Assembly (NCBI GenBank): GCA_037481835.1
Contig: JBBFKW010000013.1
Location: 1-64,000, forward strand
DNA: 64,000 nt
Origin: Desulfosoma sp.
GTDB taxonomy: Bacteria; Desulfobacterota; Syntrophobacteria; Syntrophobacterales; DSM-9756
Direction of reading: 5' to 3'
Positions 19,504 to 28,659 of this stretch are shown here, in pieces. Made by a program: the position numbers and the translations under genes. The notes below the pieces were generated by a model, which ran no database searches, was not told the DNA's origin, and was given only the letters and a program-made list of their open reading frames with translations. How positions within the stretch are numbered: the first letter of the stretch is position 1; each line of letters opens with the position of its first letter.

Positions 19504-20808
19504 ATGAAGGTTTTCGCCCCGAGAAAGAAAATCGCCCTTTGCATCCTTTTGCTTTTCGTGGCCGGCTGTGCCGTCAATCCCGTCACCCACGAAAGCCAGC
19601 TGTCCCTCATGAGTCCCCAGCAGGAAGTGGCCACAGGCCAGGAGCTCTACCCGCTCTATACGCAGATGTCCTTCGGCCTCTTCCAGGATCCCGTGGTGCA
19701 GGACTACGTCCAGACGGTGGGAAAGCGCCTTGCGGCGGTGAGCCATCGGCCGACCATGCCCTATGAATTCAACGTGGTGAACGGCTCCGAAATGAACGCC
19801 TACGCCCTGCCGGGTGGAAAGATTTCCATCACGCGCGGCATGGTGACGAAACTGCAGAACGAGGCGCAGCTTGCGGCCGTGCTGGCCCATGAAATCGGTC
19901 ACGTGTCCGCCATGCACCATGCGTCGTTTTATACGCGCCAGGTCGTTGCCGGGCTTCTCACGGGTATCGGATCGTCCGTCCTGCAGGCCTCGGGTGTCGC
20001 GGGCGCCGATCTCATTTCCCAGGCGGGCCTTCTGGCGGCCAACCTCACCCTCATGAAATACAGCCGCGATCAGGAACGCCAGGCGGATGAACTGGGCATG
20101 GAATACATGGTTCGAGCGCGGTACAACCCGGCCGGCTATGTGCAGACCATGGCGTTGCTCCAAGAGGAGGGCAAGAGGGAGCCGTCCCTTCTGGAAAGCT
20201 TCTTTTCCAGCCATCCCCTGACGACGGAACGCATTGTTGCGTCCAATCAGCGGCTGGAAAAATACGGGCCCGAACTGCGCACGCCGGAAGCCCTCTTTGA
20301 GGGGCCGTTTGCGGAGCGCACCGTGTATCTGCGGAAGGTGGCCCCAGCCTACGAAAAGGCCGATAAGGCCAAGGAGGCCCTGTCCCAAAAAGACACGGCC
20401 CGGGCGGTGCAGCTTCTGAGGCAGGCGACGGCTGAGGCGCCCAAGGAAGCGCTCATCTGGGTGTATCGGGCGCTGGCTGAAAAGACCGCGGAAAACGGCT
20501 CGGAAGCCGTGGCCGCCGCGCACCGTGCGGTGGAACTCTACCCGGACATGTACCATGCCCGATATGTGGCCGGAGTGGTGCTCTTTCACGAAAGGCGGCA
20601 TCAGGAAAGCCTGGAGCAGCTCAGCGCGGCGAACAGGATCATCAAGGACCAACCGTCGGTCATTTTCTACACGGGCCGAAACTGGGAAGCCATGGGGCAG
20701 AGGGAGCGGGCCGCTCGCGCCTACTATGCCGTGCTCCAGAAAGTGAAGAAAGGCCCCATGGCCCAGTACTGCTACCAGCGGCTCGTCTCGTGGGGGTACC
20801 TCCGTTAG
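19504..20808 (+). CDS. M48-family zinc metalloprotease lipoprotein with C-terminal TPRs (BepA/YfgC-like)
   Basis: Lipobox VAGC, NAYALPGG, HEIGH, YSRDQERQADELG, SSHP, helical TPR-like tail. Confidence 0.9.
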   Translation: MKVFAPRKKIALCILLLFVAGCAVNPVTHESQLSLMSPQQEVATGQELYPLYTQMSFGLFQDPVVQDYVQTVGKRLAAVSHRPTMPYEFNVVNGSEMNAYALPGGKISITRGMVTKLQNEAQLAAVLAHEIGHVSAMHHASFYTRQVVAGLLTGIGSSVLQASGVAGADLISQAGLLAANLTLMKYSRDQERQADELGMEYMVRARYNPAGYVQTMALLQEEGKREPSLLESFFSSHPLTTERIVASNQRLEKYGPELRTPEALFEGPFAERTVYLRKVAPAYEKADKAKEALSQKDTARAVQLLRQATAEAPKEALIWVYRALAEKTAENGSEAVAAAHRAVELYPDMYHARYVAGVVLFHERRHQESLEQLSAANRIIKDQPSVIFYTGRNWEAMGQRERAARAYYAVLQKVKKGPMAQYCYQRLVSWGYLR

Positions 20809-20864
20809 GCGGGCCGTGTGAGGTGCAACGTCGCTGTCTCGACGGAGCGGGATGGGAAGGTGGG

Positions 20865-20959
20865 TGTTGGGGTTCGCTATGCTCCCCCAAACCTCCATCC
20901 CGCAGGCCCACACCCTTGGGCCCACTCGTAGGTTGGGGTGAGCGCAGCGAACCCCAACA
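20865..20959. repeat. Inverted pair of GTAG-family REP sequences
   Basis: Forward copy GTAGG-TTGGGGTGAGC-GCA-GCGAACCCCAA-CA at 20928-20959 and a degenerate reverse copy at 20865-20896, between convergent genes. Third copy at 44745-44776. Confidence 0.82.
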
Positions 20960-20969
20960 CTTCAACACC

Positions 20970-22160
20970 TCACGAGCCAGGGCATTTTCCCCGGGCGGGG
21001 GCGCAGCGGCCGAGCTCGTTCAGGACGGAAACGGCGCGATGGATCTCCTCGTCCGTGGTGCACCAGTGGGGCGCAAGCCGAAGGTAGCCCGATCGCGCTG
21101 AAACGAACACGCCTCGGCGGGCCGCCTCCTTCATGATCGTCTCAGGCTGATAACGGCAGATCACGGAAAGGATGCCCGAGCGGTTCGCCCGGGGAAAGAC
21201 CACCGGTGTGTATCTTTCCGGGTCCAGGTTTTGAAGGATCACATCCTGTAGGCGGAAAATTTCCTCTTGGATGTTTCGAATCCCCACGGGAAGGACGGCG
21301 GAGCGAAGGCAGGCCTCGAGGGCCGCGGCCAGGGCGGTGGGCGAGGTGCTGTATTCGAAGCGACGGGCGCTGGGATGGGGCTGCCATGTGTGGTTGAGGT
21401 AGTCGTCCCCTTGGATCATGCATTCCGCACCCACCAGGACGTCCCCGAGCTTTCGGCGGAATTCCCCGCTCGTGTAAAAAAGGCCCGTCCCCGTGGGGCC
21501 GAACAGCCATTTCCAGCCCGATGCGGCAACAGCCGCGATATGGCACCGATCGGGTTCGACAACGAGGCTCCCCAGGCTCTGGGCCGCATCGACGACGAGA
21601 TCGATGCCGCACTCCTTGCAGAACGTTCCCAGTTCCTCCAGATCGGCGGCGTAGCCGCTGGTGAATTGCACGTGACTGACGGCGATGATTCGGGTTCTTT
21701 CCGTCGTGAGCCGCCGCACGTCATCCATGGACCAGCCGCACGGAAGCCCTTGCGTGGGGTGATCCGCCACGGGCCGATCCGGCAGGAGCGTGAGTCTCAC
21801 CCCGCGTTTTTCCTGTAAACGCCACGGATAGTGGTTCGCAGGATATTCGTGGACGTAGCTTAGAATTTCATCGCCTTCCCGAAACGGGTACCCGTTGGCG
21901 ATCATGCCCATGGCCTCGGACGTGTTCTTGACGAAGGCGACGTTGTCCGGGTCCGTGCTCAGCAGCTCGGCGGCGGCCGTGCGCAGGTCTTCCAAAATTT
22001 TTCGATACGGTGTCAGCCCGAAGCCGCCGAGGCGCATCTGAGAATCAGCCACTTCCGTCAGAGCGTCCCGGGCGGGTTTCGGCAGCGGGGAGACGGCGCA
22101 ATGGGCGAGAAAGACGCCTTCTTTTTTCACGGGAAAGAGGTCCGGGTCTTTGGGGATCAT
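20970..22160 (-). CDS. Class V aminotransferase-fold PLP enzyme (C-S lyase/cysteine desulfurase-like)
   Basis: FVKNTSEA, EYPANHYPW, VSHVQFTSG, VVDAAQSLG, PLP lysine in SGWKWLFGPTG, LRLAPH. Confidence 0.85.
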   Translation of the reverse strand: MIPKDPDLFPVKKEGVFLAHCAVSPLPKPARDALTEVADSQMRLGGFGLTPYRKILEDLRTAAAELLSTDPDNVAFVKNTSEAMGMIANGYPFREGDEILSYVHEYPANHYPWRLQEKRGVRLTLLPDRPVADHPTQGLPCGWSMDDVRRLTTERTRIIAVSHVQFTSGYAADLEELGTFCKECGIDLVVDAAQSLGSLVVEPDRCHIAAVAASGWKWLFGPTGTGLFYTSGEFRRKLGDVLVGAECMIQGDDYLNHTWQPHPSARRFEYSTSPTALAAALEACLRSAVLPVGIRNIQEEIFRLQDVILQNLDPERYTPVVFPRANRSGILSVICRYQPETIMKEAARRGVFVSARSGYLRLAPHWCTTDEEIHRAVSVLNELGRCAPARGKCPGS

Positions 22161-22402
22161 GGAGGGCTATCCTTTCGACGATGTGCCGTTTTCGGCGCTA
22201 TCCATCCCGACGTCGTTCGGTCGAGAGCATGCCACGATTTTTCCGTTCGCGCCAGAGCGGCGTGCCCTCCACCCGGAAGCCCGCGGACAGATGCGGGGCC
22301 GGGACGGTCGCGATGCCGCGGACCATTGACGCCCTTGACCCCACTGGTTAGAGGAAAGACGGTCCAAAGGTATGGAACCTCGATGGAGAAAGGGAGAGGC
22401 TT

Positions 22403-22966
22403 ATGAAAACGGGTTACAGAACGGCGGCCTTGATCGCAATGCTTTTGGGCGTGTGGGCTTTATCCGGCTGCACCTCGGCGCTCCAGGGCACGGGGCCCAA
22501 TGCGGGCGTTCCCGCCGGACCCAACCCGCCTCGGATCGACGGCACCTTCGCCGTCTCGTCCATGTGGCTTGGGAAAACCTGGGAAATTTTCGTGGAAGGG
22601 TCAGATCCCGACGGCGACATGGACTACATCTGGGCGGAAGTTTCCCAGCTGGGCGGCCACATGTGGGACCAGCACCTGATCCGCCTCAAGGGCTCGGATC
22701 AGTCCCGCTTTAAAGGGGTGATCGAACTGCCCACACCGTCCTTTTTCTCGCGAAAGATCTGGGAAACCCTTCGGGTGACGTTGCGCATCCGGGACCGCGC
22801 CGGCCATTACAGCGATCCCGTGACCGTGGAGGTGGAACTGGGAGCGCCGACCCGCCAGCCCGTCCCGGAACGGTGGGCTGAGGCGCGTTCGCACAAGCTT
22901 GGGACAATTTTCTTCGACTTCGATTTGGACCGGGAAAACAACGACCGGCACACGTTTGAAAACTAA
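22403..22966 (+). CDS. Hypothetical lipoprotein (beta-rich, Ig-like)
   Basis: Lipobox LSGC, RBS GGGAGAGG, SDPDGDMDY and IRDRAGHYS motifs typical of small Ig-like domains. Confidence 0.7.
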   Translation: MKTGYRTAALIAMLLGVWALSGCTSALQGTGPNAGVPAGPNPPRIDGTFAVSSMWLGKTWEIFVEGSDPDGDMDYIWAEVSQLGGHMWDQHLIRLKGSDQSRFKGVIELPTPSFFSRKIWETLRVTLRIRDRAGHYSDPVTVEVELGAPTRQPVPERWAEARSHKLGTIFFDFDLDRENNDRHTFEN

Positions 22967-22970
22967 AAAG

Positions 22971-23009
22971 GGGGCGATGCGCCCCCGAGGGGTTCAGGCG
23001 CATCGCCCC
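22971..23009. terminator. Intrinsic terminator hairpin between convergent genes
   Basis: 13-bp perfect stem GGGGCGATGCGCC/GGCGCATCGCCCC, followed by CTTTTT on the minus strand. Confidence 0.75.
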
Positions 23010-23037
23010 TCTCCATGATCCCGCCGTCCCATCGCCT

Positions 23038-23463
23038 TCAGGAGCCGGGAAACTTCAGCGTCACGTGCTCTTCGGCGCCGTCCTTTTCGTATTTGACCTT
23101 GAGTTCCAGGCTGCTGTCGCGAATGCCCAAAGCCAGCGGCGATTTTCCCTTCTCGCCTTCGACCCCGACCACATGCTTCAGGGTTTCGATGATCTTGGAT
23201 CCGATTTCGGAACCCGGAGATCGCAACGGCGCTTCCCGGTATTTGGCGCGCACGTCCACGCTCCCGTCCGAACGGCGGGAGATCCTGATCTTTTCCGCCC
23301 CGGCGGTCACGCCGTGGAGCACCGCCAAAGCAACCCATTTGAGGGCGGCTTCTTCAGCGTCCGGTTCATGAGGCACCTTCGCCATTTCCATCAAAGGGTC
23401 CGTGGTGGCGAAGCAGTCGCACAGTTCCTGAACTTTTTGGTGTAGGTTTCTCTTGTCTTTCAT
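23038..23463 (-). CDS. Hypothetical protein resembling a stand-alone GspE/PilB N2 domain
   Basis: 3' part of ORF 23038..24984. ATG 23463 with RBS GAGGGAGG. ALKWVALAVLHGVTAGAEKIRI parallels PilB IVKLVNxILxDAIxxGASDIHI. Confidence 0.7.
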   Translation of the reverse strand: MKDKRNLHQKVQELCDCFATTDPLMEMAKVPHEPDAEEAALKWVALAVLHGVTAGAEKIRISRRSDGSVDVRAKYREAPLRSPGSEIGSKIIETLKHVVGVEGEKGKSPLALGIRDSSLELKVKYEKDGAEEHVTLKFPGS

Positions 23464-23676
23464 GGCGTTACCTCCCTCACAGCTGTTTCCGGATGTCTTC
23501 AAAATAAGTTTTCCCTTCGGGCGATCAAGGTGGGGAGGAGGTTTTCCGCCTGAAGCCCCTTGCCGACGCCGACTCTGACATGTTAGCGGGATAGGACAGA
23601 TTTCCACCGGTTTTTCCGCCGCGATCTTTCGCGCCTTTCCTTGCATCGTTCCCATTGACGACCAAAGGAGTTGCCC

Positions 23677-24783
23677 ATGCCGCGGACGCCACTGAACGTA
23701 GACACCCCCCTGGAATACTTGTCCATTCTTACAGAAGACGGCCTCGTGGACCGGGATCTGGAACCGGACGTTTCCCAAGAGTTCCTCTTGAAGCTGTATC
23801 GGTTCATGGTCCTGGGGCGGCGTTTCGACGAAAAGATGCTGCAGCTGCAGCGCCAAGGGCGGATCGGCACCTTTGCGCCCATCAAGGGCCAGGAGGCCTC
23901 CCAACTGGGGGCGGTCGCCGCCTTGGAACCGCGGGACTGGATGGTTCCCTGTTTTCGGGAGACGGCGGCGCAGCTGTGGCGCGGCACAGCCATGGAAAGC
24001 GTCCTGCTGTACTTCGGCGGCTACGACGAAGGAGGGCGCATTGCGGACGATCAGAGGGATCTCCCTGTGGCCATTCCCGTGGCGTCCCAGTTGCTTCACG
24101 CCGTCGGTTTGGCCTGGGCGGCCAAGTATAGGCGCACCGACGAGGTGGCCATGACCTTCTTCGGCGACGGCGCCACATCGGAAGGCGATTTTCACGAAGC
24201 CCTGAACTTCGCCGCCGTCTATCAGACGCCGACCGTTTTCGTGTGCCAAAACAACCAATGGGCCATATCCATCCCCCGTTCCAAGCAGACGCGGTCGCGC
24301 ACCTTGGCTCAGAAAGCGCTGGCTTACGAACTGCCCGGCATCCAGGTGGACGGAAACGATGTTCTGGCCGTGTACGTTGCGGCCAAGGAAGCCGTCGAAC
24401 GAGCCCGAGCCGGCGGCGGGCCGACCCTCATCGAATGCGTCACGTACCGCATGGCCATGCACACGACGGCGGACGATCCCAGCCGGTACCGGAGCGAAGA
24501 GGAAGTCCAGGAGTGGGCGCGCAAGGATCCCATCGTGCGCTTCGAAAAATACCTGACGGAAAAAGGCCTGCTCAACGCGGCAAAAATCGAGGAGATCGCA
24601 TCGGCCGCCGACGCTTCCATCCAGGAAGCCGTGAAGCGCTACGAGGCCTTGACCGGGACCTTGGGGGATCCGCTCCAGATGTTCGACCATCACTTCCAAG
24701 AGCTCTCGGCGACCCTTCGGGAACAGAAAGAGGAATTGAGACGGCTCCTTGCCGCTGAAAAAGAGGAGGCGCCCCATGCCTAA
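23677..24783 (+). CDS. pdhA: Pyruvate/branched-chain 2-oxoacid dehydrogenase E1 alpha
   Basis: LQRQGRIG, GQEA, TPP motif FFGDGATSEGDFHEALN...QNNQWAIS, YRMAMHTTADDP. RBS AAAGGAG. Confidence 0.92.
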   Translation: MPRTPLNVDTPLEYLSILTEDGLVDRDLEPDVSQEFLLKLYRFMVLGRRFDEKMLQLQRQGRIGTFAPIKGQEASQLGAVAALEPRDWMVPCFRETAAQLWRGTAMESVLLYFGGYDEGGRIADDQRDLPVAIPVASQLLHAVGLAWAAKYRRTDEVAMTFFGDGATSEGDFHEALNFAAVYQTPTVFVCQNNQWAISIPRSKQTRSRTLAQKALAYELPGIQVDGNDVLAVYVAAKEAVERARAGGGPTLIECVTYRMAMHTTADDPSRYRSEEEVQEWARKDPIVRFEKYLTEKGLLNAAKIEEIASAADASIQEAVKRYEALTGTLGDPLQMFDHHFQELSATLREQKEELRRLLAAEKEEAPHA

Positions 24784-25762
24784 AATGACCATGGTCCAGG
24801 CTCTCAATCTGGCTCTGCGCCAGGAAATGGAAAAGGACGACCGCGTTGTCGTGCTCGGAGAAGACGTGGGCGTGGACGGCGGCGTTTTCCGCGTGACGGA
24901 AGGGCTCATCGATTGTTTCGGCCCCGACCGGGTCCTGGACACGCCCCTGGCCGAATCGGCCATCGTGGGCATGTCCATCGGCATGGCCGTCTATGGGCTG
25001 CGACCGGTGTGCGAAATCCAATTTTCCGGCTTCACCTACCTCAATTTCCATCAGATCGAATGCCATGCGTCCCGACTGCGGCATCGTTCCCAAGGGCGCT
25101 TTACGGTGCCCATGGTGTTGCGCGCCCCCTACGGCGGAGGGGTACGGGCGCTGGAACATCACTCGGAAAGCCGGGAAGCCTTTTTCGCCCACATGCCGGG
25201 CCTCAAGATGGTCATCCCCTCGGGGCCGAGAAACGCCCGGGCGCTTCTGGTGAGCGCCATCCGGGATCCGGACCCGGTGATCTTTTTCGAGCCCAAGGCG
25301 GTTTATCGGGCTTTTCGGGAAGAGGTGCCGGAGGAAGAGGAAACGTTGCCCATCGGGCAATCCGCCGTGGCGCGGGAAGGCCGACATGTGACCCTCATCA
25401 CCTACGGAGCCATGGTCCGCCCGACCATGGAGGCCGCCGAACGCCTCAGCCGCGAAGACGGGATCGAGGCCGAGGTGGTGGATCTGCTGACCCTGGCGCC
25501 CCTGGACGACACCCTGATCACGGCTTCCGCGAAGAAGACCGGCCGGGTGGTGATCGTCCACGAAGCTCCGAGAAGTTACGGTCCCGGAGCGGAAATCACG
25601 GCGCGGCTTGTGGAGAAAGCCTTCTATTTCCTGGAAGCCCCGGTGCGGCGCGTGGCGGGCTACGATCTCATCATGCCCCTCTTTGCCCGGGAACAGGCGT
25701 ATCTGCCCAATGCGGGGCGCATTGTCCGTGCGGTGAAAGAAACCCTCGAGGCGGCGGCTTAA
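24776..25762 (+). CDS. pdhB: 2-oxoacid dehydrogenase E1 beta
   Basis: GEDVGVDGGVFRVT, DTPLAES, EIQFSGF, GGGVRALEHHSES, PVIFFEPK. Confidence 0.93.
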   Translation: MPKMTMVQALNLALRQEMEKDDRVVVLGEDVGVDGGVFRVTEGLIDCFGPDRVLDTPLAESAIVGMSIGMAVYGLRPVCEIQFSGFTYLNFHQIECHASRLRHRSQGRFTVPMVLRAPYGGGVRALEHHSESREAFFAHMPGLKMVIPSGPRNARALLVSAIRDPDPVIFFEPKAVYRAFREEVPEEEETLPIGQSAVAREGRHVTLITYGAMVRPTMEAAERLSREDGIEAEVVDLLTLAPLDDTLITASAKKTGRVVIVHEAPRSYGPGAEITARLVEKAFYFLEAPVRRVAGYDLIMPLFAREQAYLPNAGRIVRAVKETLEAAA

Positions 25763-25777
25763 GGCGGAGGATCGGCC

Positions 25778-27076
25778 ATGGCGAAAGTATTCCGACTCCC
25801 GGATCTTGGGGAAGGGATCCATGAAGGGGAAATCGTGGAGGTGTTGGTGCGCTCGGGAGATCCGGTCACCGAGGGACAGCCGCTCCTCATTGTGGAGACG
25901 GACAAGGCCGCCGTGGAAATCCCGTCACCGTTCACGGGAGTGGTGCAGACCGTGCACGTGCAAGCCGGCCAGGTGGTTCGAGTGGGGGACCCCTTGGTGA
26001 CGGTGAAGGAAGAAGGCGAACCGGCGGAAGAATCTCCGGCGGCTCCAGCTCCGGGGAGGCCGATGGAGGCGAGGCCCCCCGAAGCGCCGGAAGGGCTTCC
26101 CGTGCCGGCTTCGCCGGCGACGCGGCGGCTTGCCCGGGAACTGGGCGTGGATCTTCGACGCGTGCGCCCCAGCGGTCCCGGAGGCCGCGTGACGGCGGAA
26201 GATGTGCGCCGGGCGGCCGAAGCGGCCGCAATCCCGGAAAGGCCCGCCGCACTCCACGGGGTCGCACCGCCCGAGGCGCCGGAACCCCTCGAAGAAGAGC
26301 GGATCCCCCCTCGCGCTGTGCCGCCCGCGCCGTCCGCCGTCTCAGCCGGAGCCCCGGCTTTTCCCGCCGAGCGGCGCGTGCCCCTCAAATCCTTCAGGCG
26401 GGTCATCGCCCGCCGCATGGCGGAGGCGTGGGCTCGAGTGCCCCACGTGAGCCATCACGATGGGGTGGACATTTCGGAATTGGAGCGGCTGCGGGAGGAA
26501 CTGAACCGAAAGGCGGCCGATCCTGAACGCCGTCTTTCCCTCACCCCGTTTCTCGTCAAGGCCGCCGTCGCGGTGCTCAAGGAGTTTCCCGCCTTCAACG
26601 CACGCTTGGACGAAGAGCGCCAGGAAATCGTTTTGAAGGCCGACTACCACATCGGGGTGGCCGTGGATTCGCCGCGGGGCCTCGTGGTTCCCGTGCTCAA
26701 GGACGCGGACCGAAAAAGCATTACGGAACTCGCCGCGGAACTCAGGGCGCTGTCCCAGCGGGCCCGCTCTGGGGAGCTCAGCCCGGACGACGTCTCTGGG
26801 GGGACGTTCACCCTGACCAACATCGGCGCCCTGGGCGGCCGAGGTTTCACGCCCATCATCAATTATCCGCAGACGGCGATCCTTGGGGCCGGCAAGGCGC
26901 GACTCGAACCCGTCGTCACAGGCACTTTGGACGAGCACACCCTGACGGTGCGGCTCATCCTGCCCGTGGTGCTCGCCTTCGACCATCGGGTCGTGGACGG
27001 CGCCGACGGTGCCCGTTTCGTCAACAGGCTGAAGGCGCTTCTGGAAGATCCCAAAGTGCTCTTGGTTTCTCTGTGA
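25778..27076 (+). CDS. pdhC: Dihydrolipoamide acyltransferase E2 (one lipoyl domain)
   Basis: LPDLGEGIHEG, lipoyl ETDKA, PSBD ASPATRRLARELGVDL...GPGGRVT, catalytic FDHRVVDG. Confidence 0.93.
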   Translation: MAKVFRLPDLGEGIHEGEIVEVLVRSGDPVTEGQPLLIVETDKAAVEIPSPFTGVVQTVHVQAGQVVRVGDPLVTVKEEGEPAEESPAAPAPGRPMEARPPEAPEGLPVPASPATRRLARELGVDLRRVRPSGPGGRVTAEDVRRAAEAAAIPERPAALHGVAPPEAPEPLEEERIPPRAVPPAPSAVSAGAPAFPAERRVPLKSFRRVIARRMAEAWARVPHVSHHDGVDISELERLREELNRKAADPERRLSLTPFLVKAAVAVLKEFPAFNARLDEERQEIVLKADYHIGVAVDSPRGLVVPVLKDADRKSITELAAELRALSQRARSGELSPDDVSGGTFTLTNIGALGGRGFTPIINYPQTAILGAGKARLEPVVTGTLDEHTLTVRLILPVVLAFDHRVVDGADGARFVNRLKALLEDPKVLLVSL

Positions 27077-27091
27077 AAGGTGGAAAAAATC

Positions 27092-28516
27092 ATGGTCATG
27101 GGCGAACTCAGTCAAGAGACGCACGTGGCGGTCATCGGCGGAGGGCCCGGCGGGTATGCCGCGGCGTTTCGTGCGGCCGACCTGGGCCTGGATGTGACTC
27201 TTGTGGAAGAAGAGCCCCGATGCGGCGGCACATGCCTGCTCAGGGGATGCATACCGTCCAAGGCCCTTTTGCAGACGGCCGAAATTATTTGGGACGCCAT
27301 GCAAGCCGACCGGAGAGGCATCCGGTTCGGGGCGCCCGAGCTGGATGTGGCCAAGCTTCGCGCCTGGAAAGACGGGATTATCGACACCCTGGCCTCGGGG
27401 CTGCACCGCCTGGCGAACAAGCGCAACGTGCAGATCGTGCGGGCTCGGGCCTTCTTCGAAAACGCCCATACCCTCCGCTTGGAGGGATCGGACATCACCC
27501 ATCTCACCTTTCGCCATGCGGTGATCGCCGTGGGCTCCGAACCCCTGAGCCCTCCCGGGGTTTCTCTTAAACCCGGCGGGCGCATCATGGATTCCACCGG
27601 GGCTCTTGCGGCCCAGGACATCCCCTCGCGCCTTCTCGTGGTGGGAGGCGGCTACATCGGGTTGGAACTGGGCTGTGCCTATGCCGTCTTCGGCAGCCGT
27701 GTGACCCTCATCCATCGCACAGAACGGATCTTGGGCGGCGTGGACGAAGATCTGGTGCGGCCCCTGGTGAAAAGAATCCACGAGCTGTTTGAGTCGGTGC
27801 GGCTTGAGACGGAAGTGGAGGTCCTTCGGGAGGACGCCGACGGGGTTACGGCCGTGCTTCGGGGGCCTTCGGAAACGCGCGAGGAACGATTCGACCGGGT
27901 GCTGATCGCCGTCGGAAGAGCGCCCCGGAGCCGGGGGCTGGGCCTGGAGGCCCTCGGAATCGCCGTGGACGCCGCGGGCTTTATCCAGGTGGACGCCCAG
28001 CGCCGAACGTCGGTTCCCCACATTTACGCCGTAGGGGACGTGGCGGGCCATCCCATGCTGGCCCACAAGGCCATGCGCGAAGGCAAAGTGGCCGCCGAGG
28101 CCATCGCCGGGATGCCTTCGGCCTACGACGTCCAGGCCGTGCCCGCCGTGGTCTATACCGACCCGCAGATCGCCTGGGCGGGGCTCACGGAAACCGAAGC
28201 CCGCCGGAAAAACATTGCGGTCAAAATCGCCCGGTTTCCCTGGGGCGCCTCCGGGCGGGCCCTGACCATGGACGCCGCAGACGGCCTGACCAAGATCCTC
28301 TTCGATCCCCAATCCGGGCGCATCCTTGGCATGGGCATTGTGGGGCGCGGCGCCGAAACCATGATCGCCGAGGGGGTTCTGGCCATCGAGATGGGGGCGT
28401 CGGCCGAAGACGTGGCCTTGACCGTGCACGCCCACCCGACCCTTTCGGAAACCGAAGGGGAAGCGGCCGAAGTCTTCCTCGGCAGCGCCACCCACCTCTA
28501 CGTCCCCGGCACCTAG
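27092..28516 (+). CDS. lpdA: Dihydrolipoamide dehydrogenase E3
   Basis: GGGPGGY, redox disulfide GGTCLLRGCIPSK, GGGYIGLE, HAHPTLSE. The TAG stop overlaps the MITE copy 3 boundary. Confidence 0.95.
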   Translation: MVMGELSQETHVAVIGGGPGGYAAAFRAADLGLDVTLVEEEPRCGGTCLLRGCIPSKALLQTAEIIWDAMQADRRGIRFGAPELDVAKLRAWKDGIIDTLASGLHRLANKRNVQIVRARAFFENAHTLRLEGSDITHLTFRHAVIAVGSEPLSPPGVSLKPGGRIMDSTGALAAQDIPSRLLVVGGGYIGLELGCAYAVFGSRVTLIHRTERILGGVDEDLVRPLVKRIHELFESVRLETEVEVLREDADGVTAVLRGPSETREERFDRVLIAVGRAPRSRGLGLEALGIAVDAAGFIQVDAQRRTSVPHIYAVGDVAGHPMLAHKAMREGKVAAEAIAGMPSAYDVQAVPAVVYTDPQIAWAGLTETEARRKNIAVKIARFPWGASGRALTMDAADGLTKILFDPQSGRILGMGIVGRGAETMIAEGVLAIEMGASAEDVALTVHAHPTLSETEGEAAEVFLGSATHLYVPGT

Positions 28517-28616
28517 GAGCTTGTCCGAGAACTCGATTCTTGCCGATTTGAGCAACGTAAATTCAGATAGTTAGGATGCCATAAAGCACCAAAATCGGCA
28601 TTCTCGGACAAGCTCC
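28516..28616. mobile_element. MITE copy 3
   Basis: Perfect 16-bp TIR GGAGCTTGTCCGAGAA/TTCTCGGACAAGCTCC, TA on both flanks, near-identical to copy 1. Confidence 0.9.
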
Positions 28617-28659
28617 TAGGAACTTGCAATAAGGCCATGTCCCCGTCCCCTCTTTTCCC

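Noticed and set aside
20865..20959. CRISPR-like repeat-spacer-repeat
   Set aside because: Only two units, inverted rather than direct, GTAG-REP structure, and no cas genes.
18429..22160. Ergothioneine-type pair (EgtB-like FGE domain + EgtE-like PLP lyase)
   Set aside because: The FGE protein has an N-terminal membrane anchor and no DinB-like metal-binding domain; the genes are on opposite strands and separated by the protease.
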